DNA of 64,000 bases from an uncultured Flavobacterium sp. (GCA_937876455.1 CALFIG010000254.1:351-64350), one strand, 5' to 3'. Shown: positions 18,772 through 27,901, counted from the stretch's first letter. The notes: generated from the sequence alone by a model not told the origin. A program made the numbers and translations.

Positions 18772-20352
18772 ATGAAAGATAATTTCGCTCATAAAAGTTT
18801 ACCAGCTCTGGAATTACAACCCAAATACACCTTTTTGGATTTACCACAATTCCAACAACCTGAACTATTGAATTGTGTCGATAAATTACTAGATAATCAC
18901 ATCAAAGAAGGTCGAGGAAATACCATTTGTATTCGAACCTTTGAAGAAACCTGGACATATCAGGATTTGTTTGAAAAAGCCAATCAAATGGCACATGTTT
19001 TAGTCGAAGATTTAGGGCTAGAATCAGGAAATCGCGTATTGCTGCGTTCGGCGAATAACCCAATGATGGTAGCGTGTTGGTTTGCCGTTTTAAAAGCTGG
19101 CGGAATTGTAGTAGCTACTATGCCTTTGCTTCGTTCTAAAGAATTGACTACAATTATTGATTGTGCTGAAATTTCACATGTATTGTGCGATAAGGAATTG
19201 GAAGAAGAAATACATTTAGTAAAATCGGATTTTTTTAAACAAACCTGTTTTTATGGAAATAGTCAATTGGAAAAATTAATGGCTACAAAATCAAAAGTAT
19301 TTGAAAATTATCCTTCAAAATCTGAGGATGTGGCTCTTATTGGATTTACTTCAGGCACTACAGGTTTGCCAAAAATGACAGCACATTATCACAAAGATAT
19401 TTTGAATATTTGTGAAGCATTTCCAAACTATTCGTTGCAACCTACTTCAAATGATATTTTTACAGGAAGTCCGCCCATTGGTTTTACTTTTGGTTTAGGA
19501 GGTTTGGTGTTGTTCCCCATGTATTTCGGAGCTTCCACTTTTTTAATCGAAAAACCAAGTCCAGATGTGTTGTTGAAAGCCATTCAAGAGTATAAAATCA
19601 CGATTTGTTTTACCGCTCCAACCGCTTGGCGAATGATTACCACTAAAATTCAAGAGTACGATATTTCGAGTTTACGAAAATGTGTATCTGCAGGTGAAAC
19701 ATTACCGTTAAAAGTTTGGCAAGATTGGTATGATGCCACAGGACTAAAAATTATTGATGGAATTGGCGCTACCGAAATGCTACATATTTTTATTTCGTCT
19801 AATGAAGAAAACATGAAACCCGGCGCTACAGGTAAAGCCATCACAGGTTATGAAGCTAAAATTATTGACCAACAAGGTAATGAAGTACCAAAAAATGAAG
19901 CTGGAAGACTAGCCGTTCGAGGAATTACAGGTTGTAAATACCTAAACCGAGAGGAAAAACAACGCGAATATGTCGAAAATGGATGGAATATTACAGGCGA
20001 TATTTTCCGTCAAGATGACGAAGGGTATTTTCATTTTGTTGCTCGTGGCGATGATATGATTATTTCTTCTGGTTATAATATTGCGGCAATTGAAGTAGAA
20101 TCCGTACTTTTAACTCATGAAAATATTTTAGAATGTGCCGTTGTGGGTTTACCCGATGAAGAAAGAGGCATGTTGGTTTGTGCATATATTGTTTTAAAAG
20201 AACAAGCAACGGCAGATGAAGCCTTAAAAATTCAGATTCAAAATTGGTTTAAAAACTCGGCAGCACCTTATAAATATCCAAGAGTAATTCATTTTGTGGA
20301 TTGTTTGCCAAAAACAGAAACGGGTAAAATACAACGATTTAAGCTGAAGTGA
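18772..20352 (+). CDS. Aromatic acid-CoA ligase (2-aminobenzoate/benzoate-CoA ligase family)
   Basis: AMP-binding motifs FTSGTTGLPK, SAGETLP, DGIGATEMLHIF, ITGDIF, PKTETGKIQRF. Confidence 0.9.
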   Translation: MKDNFAHKSLPALELQPKYTFLDLPQFQQPELLNCVDKLLDNHIKEGRGNTICIRTFEETWTYQDLFEKANQMAHVLVEDLGLESGNRVLLRSANNPMMVACWFAVLKAGGIVVATMPLLRSKELTTIIDCAEISHVLCDKELEEEIHLVKSDFFKQTCFYGNSQLEKLMATKSKVFENYPSKSEDVALIGFTSGTTGLPKMTAHYHKDILNICEAFPNYSLQPTSNDIFTGSPPIGFTFGLGGLVLFPMYFGASTFLIEKPSPDVLLKAIQEYKITICFTAPTAWRMITTKIQEYDISSLRKCVSAGETLPLKVWQDWYDATGLKIIDGIGATEMLHIFISSNEENMKPGATGKAITGYEAKIIDQQGNEVPKNEAGRLAVRGITGCKYLNREEKQREYVENGWNITGDIFRQDDEGYFHFVARGDDMIISSGYNIAAIEVESVLLTHENILECAVVGLPDEERGMLVCAYIVLKEQATADEALKIQIQNWFKNSAAPYKYPRVIHFVDCLPKTETGKIQRFKLK

Positions 20353-20385
20353 TTCGTAAATAGTAATTAGAATAAAACATAATCT

Positions 20386-20413
20386 TGTCATTCCGACGTA
20401 AGGAGGAATCACA
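20386..20413 (+). repeat. REP-like palindrome TGTCATTCC-gacgtaagga-GGAATCACA
   Basis: Imperfect 9-bp stem resembling the GTCATTCCGAC..AGGAGGAAT intergenic repeat I recall from Flavobacteriaceae. Confidence 0.65.
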
Positions 20414-20433
20414 TAATTTAGAAAACAAACAAA

Positions 20434-20853
20434 ATGAGTGAATTTATAAAACAAGAAAAAGTACGTTTCCAACATGTAGATTACGCCGGAATCGTTTTTT
20501 ATCCACGATTTTTAGAAATGCTAAATTGTTTAGTAGAAGATTGGTTTGAAGAAGCGTTAGACCGACCTTTTTCAAAAATGCACGAAACTAATGGAATCCC
20601 AACAGTTGATTTAAAAATTCAATTCAAAAATGCTGCACGCTTGGGCGAAATCTTAACCAAAAAGCTATGGGTAAAAGAACTAAAAAACTCCTCTATTATT
20701 TGTGGATTTGAGTTTGAAAACGAAAGTAATAATTTAGTTTTAGAAGGCGAAGTTACCTTAGTAAATGTAGCTTTCAACCCAGAAAGAAACGGCATCAAAG
20801 CCGAACCTTTTAATGAGGAAATGAAGAATAAAATAAAAAATTATAAATATTAA
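20434..20853 (+). CDS. Acyl-CoA thioesterase (4-hydroxybenzoyl-CoA thioesterase-like hotdog fold)
   Basis: VRFQHVDYAGIVFYPRF motif. Confidence 0.9.
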   Translation: MSEFIKQEKVRFQHVDYAGIVFYPRFLEMLNCLVEDWFEEALDRPFSKMHETNGIPTVDLKIQFKNAARLGEILTKKLWVKELKNSSIICGFEFENESNNLVLEGEVTLVNVAFNPERNGIKAEPFNEEMKNKIKNYKY

Positions 20854-20863
20854 ATTACTAAAT

Positions 20864-21226
20864 ATGAAAAGTATAGGGTTTACATTAATGTTGTTTTTTG
20901 CAATAAACTGTTTTGCTCAAAATTCAACATCACATTACAAAAAAGTATATCAATTTGATGTTCATCATCAAGATTGGGCAAAAGTTAAAACAGTGGCTAA
21001 TACATATGGGTTTATTGATAAATCTGGAAAAGAAGTTGTGCAAGCCATCTATTATAAAATTTATGATTTTGAAATTCAAAAAGACGGTAAAAAATACGCA
21101 ATGATTGAAAATGTTGCAGGAGCTTTTGGTTATATCGATGAAAACGGAAAAGAAATTGTTGAAGGGATTTATTGGAAGAAAGAAGAAGCGAATCAAAAAT
21201 TAAATTATTATTTCACTTCAAAGTAA
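20864..21226 (+). CDS. Exported WG-repeat-containing protein
   Basis: Signal peptide and two repeats, YGFIDKSGKEVV and FGYIDENGKEIV. Confidence 0.75.
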   Translation: MKSIGFTLMLFFAINCFAQNSTSHYKKVYQFDVHHQDWAKVKTVANTYGFIDKSGKEVVQAIYYKIYDFEIQKDGKKYAMIENVAGAFGYIDENGKEIVEGIYWKKEEANQKLNYYFTSK

Positions 21227-21257
21227 ATTCATAATTCATAATTTTCAATTCGTAATT
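21226..21257 (+). repeat. AATTCRTAATT heptamer-type repeats
   Basis: AATTCATAATT at 21226 and 21233, AATTCGTAATT at 21247-21257. Confidence 0.75.
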
Positions 21258-21265
21258 AAATAATT

Positions 21266-22249
21266 ATGACATTCAAAAAATTCAAAGCCGCTACTGTTCA
21301 AACCTCACCTGTATTTCTAAATGTAGAAAAAACAGTAGATAAAGCCATTTCTTTCATTAAAGAAGCAGCAAACAATCAGGTAAAATTAATTGCTTTTCCT
21401 GAAGTATTTATTTCTGGATATCCCTATTGGAATTGGATCATGACACCCGTTCAAGGCAGTAAATGGTATGAAACATTATATAAAAATTCGGTTGATGTAA
21501 CAGGACCTGAAATCAAGAAATTATGTTTGGCTGCTAAAGAAAACGATATTCATATTGTTATAGGAATCAATGAAAGAGGTTCTAGCTATGGCGAAATTTA
21601 CAATACCAATTTAATAATTGATAACAAAGGCGTTATCATCGGAAAACACAGAAAGTTAGTGCCTACTTGGGCCGAAAAACTGACGTGGACTTCTGGTGAT
21701 GGTTCTTCGTTAAAAGTATATGATACCGAAATAGGGCCTATTGGAACCTTAGCGTGTGGCGAAAACACCAATACATTAGCACGGTTTACGTTACTTTCTC
21801 AGGGCGAATTGATTCATATTGCGAATTACATTTCACTTCCGGTTGCACCACCAGATTATGATATGGCTGAAGCGATTAAAATTCGTGCGGCTGCACATTC
21901 TTTTGAAGGAAAATTATTTACGATTGTGTCGTGTTCCACGGTTTCTCAAGAAATCAAAGATGCTTTACGTGCAGATGTGCCAAATGTAGATGAATTATTA
22001 GACAGAAAAAGTTCAGCTTTCTCAAGTTTTATTGGTCCAAATGGCGCTGTCATCGGGCAACCTTTAATTGATGAAGAAGGAATAGTATATGCCGAAATTG
22101 ATTTAGAAAAATGCATCCAACCGAAACAAATGCACGATATTTTAGGGCATTATAACCGATTTGATATTTTCGATTTGAGAGTAAACACCGCTCCCACACG
22201 TAAAATCACGTTTATAGACAATCACGAAGAATTTAATAAAGATAAATAA
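21266..22249 (+). CDS. Nitrilase-superfamily carbon-nitrogen hydrolase
   Basis: Catalytic triad context FPEVF (Glu), HRKLVPT (Lys), LACGEN (Cys). Confidence 0.9.
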   Translation: MTFKKFKAATVQTSPVFLNVEKTVDKAISFIKEAANNQVKLIAFPEVFISGYPYWNWIMTPVQGSKWYETLYKNSVDVTGPEIKKLCLAAKENDIHIVIGINERGSSYGEIYNTNLIIDNKGVIIGKHRKLVPTWAEKLTWTSGDGSSLKVYDTEIGPIGTLACGENTNTLARFTLLSQGELIHIANYISLPVAPPDYDMAEAIKIRAAAHSFEGKLFTIVSCSTVSQEIKDALRADVPNVDELLDRKSSAFSSFIGPNGAVIGQPLIDEEGIVYAEIDLEKCIQPKQMHDILGHYNRFDIFDLRVNTAPTRKITFIDNHEEFNKDK

Positions 22250-22280
22250 TTGTTGACTGAGGCATTCGAAGTCAACAATT
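22248..22280 (+). repeat. REP-like hairpin of the same family as the copies inside the hydroxylase
   Basis: Perfect 10-bp stem AATTGTTGAC/GTCAACAATT around the loop TGAGGCATTCGAA. Confidence 0.8.
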
Positions 22281-22293
22281 TAAAATAAAAAGT

Positions 22294-23406
22294 ATGGAAA
22301 CAAATAATTTTTCAGACGACCAATATGGAAGAGCACGAGTTCAAGATTCCGAAGAATTAAAAGCCTATTATAAAGAATTGGAAACGCTTGGTGCGGGTGC
22401 TTTATGGACTGTCGCTAATGATATTGAACCTTGGGAACCTCGTTCTTCATCGATTCCTATGTTGTGGAAATACGATGATTTACGCGAATTAGTACTAAAA
22501 TCATCCGAATTAGTAACGCCCGAACAAGCAGGTCGAAGAGTTGTTTATTTAGTAAACGACAAACGTAAAGATGTTTCGGCAGCAGTGGGTTGGTTGTACA
22601 CCGGAATTCAAGTTACACGTCCGGGAGAGTTTACTTCGGCACACAGACATCGTGCTTCAGCCTTGCGTTTTATTATGGAAGGCGAAAAAGGCTATACCGT
22701 TGTAGATGGAAATAAAATTATACTTGAAGTGAACGATTTTGTCATTACTCCAAATTCTACTTGGCATGAACATGGTGTAGAAGAAGGTGGAAAAACCTGT
22801 ATTTGGCAAGATGGTTTAGATATTCCATTGGTAAATGCTTTGGAAGCGAATGATTATGCGGTTTATGATGGCAAACAAGAATTGGTAAAACCATTAAATT
22901 TTTCACCTATTACCTATGGCTGCGCAGGATTAATCCCAGCAGATAATACGTGGGATAAACCGTATTCTCCGCTATTCAAATATTCTTGGAAAAATGTTTA
23001 TCCAGCGTTATTAGAAGCTCAAAAAGTAAATGAAGTCAATCCGTATGACGGGATTTTCATGCAATATTCGAATCCGTTAACAGGCGGACATGTGATGCAA
23101 ACGATGGGAGCTGCGATGCAATTGTTACCGGCTGGTTTCAAAGGGAAAGCTCACAAACATACAGGTTCGTTTGTGTACCAATGTGCGAAAGGAAAAGGAT
23201 TTTCTATCATCAACGGACAACGTTTCGATTGGAAGGAAAGAGATATTTTCTGTGTTCCGAGTTGGGCTTGGCACGAACACCACAATTTATCCGAAACCGA
23301 AGATGCTTGTCTTTTTCAATTCAACGATTTACCAGTAATTGAGAGTTTAGGGCTTTTTCAATCAAGAGAATTAACAGAAAACAACGGACATCAGCCAATT
23401 CAATAA
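22294..23406 (+). CDS. Gentisate 1,2-dioxygenase-like bicupin ring-cleavage dioxygenase
   Basis: AHRHRASALRF and TPNSTWHEH Fe(II)-binding cupin motifs, WQDGLDIP, and a second cupin (AHKHTGS, VPSWAWHEH). Confidence 0.88.
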   Translation: METNNFSDDQYGRARVQDSEELKAYYKELETLGAGALWTVANDIEPWEPRSSSIPMLWKYDDLRELVLKSSELVTPEQAGRRVVYLVNDKRKDVSAAVGWLYTGIQVTRPGEFTSAHRHRASALRFIMEGEKGYTVVDGNKIILEVNDFVITPNSTWHEHGVEEGGKTCIWQDGLDIPLVNALEANDYAVYDGKQELVKPLNFSPITYGCAGLIPADNTWDKPYSPLFKYSWKNVYPALLEAQKVNEVNPYDGIFMQYSNPLTGGHVMQTMGAAMQLLPAGFKGKAHKHTGSFVYQCAKGKGFSIINGQRFDWKERDIFCVPSWAWHEHHNLSETEDACLFQFNDLPVIESLGLFQSRELTENNGHQPIQ

Positions 23407-23469
23407 CAATATAAAATTCAATAAAAAACGTTGCTACTTTGTAACTTAGCAACTTTGAAACATAATAAC

Positions 23470-24378
23470 ATGAAACTACTTACTTACAAAACAAAAGATA
23501 CCGAGCCACGTTTAGGCTTCATTCATAATAATCAAGTCATTGATATGGAAGATTTTGGCGATATTTCTAATTTCCCACTACCAAACGACATGTTGGAATT
23601 AATTGATATGGGCTTTGAAATTATTCCAGAAATTTCAGAACTAATTGCGGAAACGCCAGAAAATTTCTTTGAAGAAATCGCTTATGAAATGAACGAGGTT
23701 ACGATTTTAGCCCCAATCGAAAAACCAAGAAAAAACATCATTGGTATTGGGTTAAATTACACCGAACATGTTGCCGAAAGTGCTCGCACATTGGATACAA
23801 CTGGAAAGTTGCCAACAAAACCAATTATCTTTTCAAAACCACCCACAACGGTTACTGCTACCAATACCGAAATCATTAAAAACACGAAGTTGACTTCACA
23901 ATTGGATTGGGAATGTGAATTGGCGGTTGTTATTTCTAAAAAAGCAAAATATGTTGCCAAAGAAAACGCGATGGATTATGTGTTTGGTTACACCGTAATT
24001 AATGATATTTCTGCTCGCGATTGTCGTCGTGAAGGACAATGGATTGTGTCTAAAGGACAAGATACTTTTGCACCAATGGGACCTTATTTGGTTACAAAAG
24101 ACGAAATCGAAAACCCACACAATTTGAATCTATCGTTAAAAGTAAACGGAGTTGAAAAACAAAATTCCAATACAAAATTCATGTTGTTTAACATCAATGA
24201 TTTGATAGAAGATTTAAGCATCGTTTTTACTTTAGAAGCAGGAGACATTATTGCAACAGGCACGCCGGCAGGTGTTGGCGCAGGAAGGAATCCACAAGAA
24301 TGGATGCATAATGGTGATGTGGTAGAAGCTACAGTGGAAGGAATTGGAACTATAACGAATACAGTTAAAGAGATATAA
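23470..24378 (+). CDS. Fumarylacetoacetate hydrolase family protein (acylpyruvate hydrolase-like)
   Basis: IGLNYTEH, IFSKPPT, LDWECELAVVI, GYTVINDISARD, GDIIATGTPAGVG. Start placed at the ATG at 23470. Confidence 0.92.
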   Translation: MKLLTYKTKDTEPRLGFIHNNQVIDMEDFGDISNFPLPNDMLELIDMGFEIIPEISELIAETPENFFEEIAYEMNEVTILAPIEKPRKNIIGIGLNYTEHVAESARTLDTTGKLPTKPIIFSKPPTTVTATNTEIIKNTKLTSQLDWECELAVVISKKAKYVAKENAMDYVFGYTVINDISARDCRREGQWIVSKGQDTFAPMGPYLVTKDEIENPHNLNLSLKVNGVEKQNSNTKFMLFNINDLIEDLSIVFTLEAGDIIATGTPAGVGAGRNPQEWMHNGDVVEATVEGIGTITNTVKEI

Positions 24379-24381
24379 ATA

Positions 24382-24438
24382 AGTATTCAGTCGCAGTTTT
24401 CAGTGTTCATACTGCTGACTGGGACTGGACTGTAAACT
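24382..24438. repeat. Composite inverted repeat built of CAGT / ACTG units
   Basis: AGTATTCAGTCGCAGTTTTCAGT-gttcat-ACTGCTGACTGGGACTGGACTGTAAACT. Confidence 0.7.
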
Positions 24439-24445
24439 AATTAAT

Positions 24446-25192
24446 ATGAAATACAAAATAGGCCAAATAGTTCCATCAAGTAACGTTACGATGGAAACCG
24501 AAATACCAGCCATTTTTCGTTCACGTGAAACCATTTTACCAGAACGCTTTACCTTTCATAGCAGTAGAATGCGCATGAAAAAAGTAACCAAAGAAGAATT
24601 GGAAGCAATGGATGCAATGAGCTTAAAATGCGCACAAGAACTATCAGACGCACACGTTGATGTGATGGGTTATGCCTGTTTGGTAGCGATTATGAGTATG
24701 GGACGCGGGTATCATTGTGTGTCGGAAGTAAATTTACACCAAGAAACAGTGGCTAATGATTTTCCAACGCCAATTGTTACTTCTGCAGGCGCATTAATTA
24801 ACGGATTAAAGGTTTTGGGAGCGAAACAAATTTCGATTATTACGCCGTATATGCGACCATTAACCGATATGGTAGTGGATTATATTGAAAATCAAGGCAT
24901 CAAAGTAAAACAAAGTATCGCTTTAGAAATTCCAGATAATTTGGAAGTAGCGGCACAAAATCCAATGAATTTATTGGAAATCTACAAGCAATTGGATTTA
25001 ACAGATGTTGATGTTTTAGTCGCTTCAGCTTGTGTGCAAATGCCATCGTTGGAAGCTATTGATTTAATTCAAGCAGAATGTGGTATTCCGGTAACTTCAG
25101 CCGCAGTTTGTACCACCTATGAAATGATGAAAAAATTAGGCATTGAACCCAAATCGGCTATTGGAGGCGAATTATTAAGCGGGAAATATTAA
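24446..25192 (+). CDS. Maleate cis-trans isomerase (Asp/Glu racemase superfamily)
   Basis: IGQIVPSSNVTMETE N-terminus and the catalytic cysteine pair YACLV and SACVQMP. Confidence 0.9.
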   Translation: MKYKIGQIVPSSNVTMETEIPAIFRSRETILPERFTFHSSRMRMKKVTKEELEAMDAMSLKCAQELSDAHVDVMGYACLVAIMSMGRGYHCVSEVNLHQETVANDFPTPIVTSAGALINGLKVLGAKQISIITPYMRPLTDMVVDYIENQGIKVKQSIALEIPDNLEVAAQNPMNLLEIYKQLDLTDVDVLVASACVQMPSLEAIDLIQAECGIPVTSAAVCTTYEMMKKLGIEPKSAIGGELLSGKY

Positions 25193-25210
25193 TTCAATCA
25201 ACATTATAAA

Positions 25211-25244
25211 AAAATGCGTTCTGATTATTTTCAGAACGCATTTT
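25211..25244. terminator. Bidirectional intrinsic terminator
   Basis: AAAATGCGTTCTGA-ttattt-TCAGAACGCATTTT, a perfect 14-bp stem between convergent genes. Confidence 0.9.
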
Positions 25245-25263
25245 GCATTTTATATAGAATAGT

Positions 25264-27459
25264 TTAAAAACTATATTTTGCTCCGCCATATATGTTTCTT
25301 CCTGGTGCATTAATCCCTGAAGCGAATGTGCGGTATTGTGTGTCTAAAATATTTTCTATACCTGTATAAAATTTAAAGCCATACATGTCTTTTGACGACG
25401 CTTTTATGTTGTAGGTTTCCCAAGCCGGCATACCTGTTGCAGGCGCATATTGTGGGTTGTCTTCTCCGCTTGTGCTGTAATCTGCAATGTCTTTTTTACC
25501 ATTAAATAGGAGATAGGCTTCTACCATTCCCCATTCGCGAGAATAATTTAAACCAATTCGGCCAAAATAAGGCGGAATATGATCCAAAGGTCTATTTGTT
25601 GTTTCTATTACTCTTCCTAACGTATACGAATAACTACCGTCAAATGTTAACGATGAAGTTAAAGTTGATTTAAATGCTAAGTTAAATCCTGTAACATATG
25701 CTCTCCCTTTATTTTGATTTGCATATACTTCGCTTAATGTTCCATTATACATTAGTGTACTTGCGCCACCATAAGTAAATTTATCAGTTATGATGGCATC
25801 ATACATGTTTGTGTAAAAATAAGTTCCTTCAAAAAAATGTTGATTCGATTCTGTTTTTAGTACAAATCCTAAATCAGTTGTAACTGTTTTTTCAGGGGCT
25901 AGGTTATTATTTGGTACAATTATCTTTCCACCTCCAGATTCAAATATTTTTGCTAAATCATCAATGTTTGGCACTCTAAATCCAGAACTTAAATTTGTTT
26001 TTAAAATGATATTTTTAGATGCATTATGTACAAGTCCTACATTTCCGCTATAGGTAATATTGTTTTGTTTTATTTCCCAAAAAGGTAAGGGGAAAAAAGT
26101 ATTATCTGAAATTGTACTTTTTAAACTTGTATAACCTAGACGCGCTCCGGCACTCCAGTTGGTTTTTTGGTATCTTTTTGATGTATAAGAAAAATAGATA
26201 TCTGAACGCATCATATGGTTTTTTCCATTGGGATATCTGGTGTCTAAAGAGGTTTCAGTTCCTGTGTTAATATTGTTTTTAAAGGCCGTTGATTTTAAAT
26301 TGTCATAATAAGTTTCTAGACCATAATATAAATTTCCGTTTTTTAATTTAGTTTCAAAATTTGTGGCTAAAGAAAATACAGCTACTTTTTCAATTCTGTT
26401 TTGCAAGTTATAGTTTCCAAAATTTCTGTTTACTCTGCTTTCTCTCACATTTTGATAACTCAAATCAATTTTAACATCCGTATTTGTAAATACGTTTTCT
26501 TTTTCAATACTATAAATTCCAAGTACTCTTTTTTGAGGCCCATAATACCATTCGGCACTTTTTAGAACAGTAGAAGAGGAGGGATCAGTTAGCCTGTCAT
26601 ATCTTGGAATGTTTGAACTAGTTGAATATTGAAAATTTAAGGTATGCAAAAATCCAGTAGTTGTTTTATAATTCAATTTTTGCATGAAATTATATTGTTT
26701 ATAGCCAGAATTTACTTGAATATATTTGTTGTCATTTGTAATGATTGCATCGACTCCATTAATTGTTGAGACATATAATGGTCTTTCGCCAAAAAAATCG
26801 CCATGATGGTTTTTCTTTTTACCCATTTTTATGTCGCCAAAATCATTGAATGAAAAAGCAGTAAATGAAGTCCAGTTTTTTCCGCCATATCCTAAGTCAA
26901 AATAAGATGATTTTTCTGTATTTGCAGAAGAAAATCTCGAACTAATTGAACCTGATAGATTAGTATTGAAAAGTGTGTTTTTTGTCAACATATTTACAGA
27001 ACCACCTAAGGCATCGCTACCATATAAAGTTGAGGTTGGGCCGTATTGAATAAGTATATTTTCAAGAAAATTTTCGTCAACAGTAATGACATTTTGTAAA
27101 TGACCTGCTCTAAAAATAAGATTGTTCATTCTAACACCATCTACAAGCAATAAAACTCTACTCGATTCAAATCCTCTAATTACAGGACTTCCACCACCTT
27201 GTTGTGATTTTTGAATAAATAGCGCCCCTGAATTTCCTAATGCGTCCGCTGTAGTTTGAAAATTTTGAAATTCAATTTTAGCTTTAGAAATAACTTCGAT
27301 TTGCGATGGATGTTGCTGTTTGTTAATGCTAATTTTTGTAGAGTTGATTTTTATCTCTTCAATGTTTTGAATTTTAATACTGTCTTTAGATTTTTGAGAA
27401 AAAGAGAATTGTAAACAAAAAAAGGTAAGCAAAATGGGTAAAAAATAATTTTTAGTCAT
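25264..27459 (-). CDS. TonB-dependent outer-membrane receptor (substrate unknown; resembles heme/siderophore-type receptors)
   Basis: Signal peptide, plug motif QKSQQGGGSPVIRGF..SRVLLLVDGVRMN, NLAPEK, C-terminal APGRNIYGGAKYSF. Confidence 0.9.
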   Translation of the reverse strand: MTKNYFLPILLTFFCLQFSFSQKSKDSIKIQNIEEIKINSTKISINKQQHPSQIEVISKAKIEFQNFQTTADALGNSGALFIQKSQQGGGSPVIRGFESSRVLLLVDGVRMNNLIFRAGHLQNVITVDENFLENILIQYGPTSTLYGSDALGGSVNMLTKNTLFNTNLSGSISSRFSSANTEKSSYFDLGYGGKNWTSFTAFSFNDFGDIKMGKKKNHHGDFFGERPLYVSTINGVDAIITNDNKYIQVNSGYKQYNFMQKLNYKTTTGFLHTLNFQYSTSSNIPRYDRLTDPSSSTVLKSAEWYYGPQKRVLGIYSIEKENVFTNTDVKIDLSYQNVRESRVNRNFGNYNLQNRIEKVAVFSLATNFETKLKNGNLYYGLETYYDNLKSTAFKNNINTGTETSLDTRYPNGKNHMMRSDIYFSYTSKRYQKTNWSAGARLGYTSLKSTISDNTFFPLPFWEIKQNNITYSGNVGLVHNASKNIILKTNLSSGFRVPNIDDLAKIFESGGGKIIVPNNNLAPEKTVTTDLGFVLKTESNQHFFEGTYFYTNMYDAIITDKFTYGGASTLMYNGTLSEVYANQNKGRAYVTGFNLAFKSTLTSSLTFDGSYSYTLGRVIETTNRPLDHIPPYFGRIGLNYSREWGMVEAYLLFNGKKDIADYSTSGEDNPQYAPATGMPAWETYNIKASSKDMYGFKFYTGIENILDTQYRTFASGINAPGRNIYGGAKYSF

Positions 27460-27490
27460 AGTGTAAAATTTACGTGAAGTAAAATAGGAA

Positions 27491-27883
27491 TTACTTTTTA
27501 TTTGGGTTAATTAATAAGGCGGTAGGAAATTTCTTTTTTATGCCAATTAACGCTTTTTCCGCCTCTATTTTTGATTTATAACTTCCCACCCAAACTTTAT
27601 AAGAGGGATTGCTAAAAACAATAGTACCATCCGTGTTTTTAAACTCCTTTTTGAATTGTGTTAGATTTTTTTTAGAGTCTTCAATAGAACCAAAGAAAAT
27701 TTGAATTTTATATTTATCATTTATCGTTATTGCAGCATTTGCTTTTCGTTTTTCGGCTAATAATTGTTCTACTTTTGGGTCTTGCTGAAACGAAAATACA
27801 CGCTTCATAGAAAAAATATTTTGCCAAATTAGTATAGTTGCTAAAACGAGTAAAAAACGAACTTTATTTTTTAATGTCTTCAT
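27491..27883 (-). CDS. SPOR-domain protein
   Basis: YKIQIF...F..P.YKVWVG.Y.SKIEAEKAL...F SPOR pattern. Confidence 0.8.
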   Translation of the reverse strand: MKTLKNKVRFLLVLATILIWQNIFSMKRVFSFQQDPKVEQLLAEKRKANAAITINDKYKIQIFFGSIEDSKKNLTQFKKEFKNTDGTIVFSNPSYKVWVGSYKSKIEAEKALIGIKKKFPTALLINPNKK

Positions 27884-27901
27884 AATGAATGCTATTTGCT
27901 A

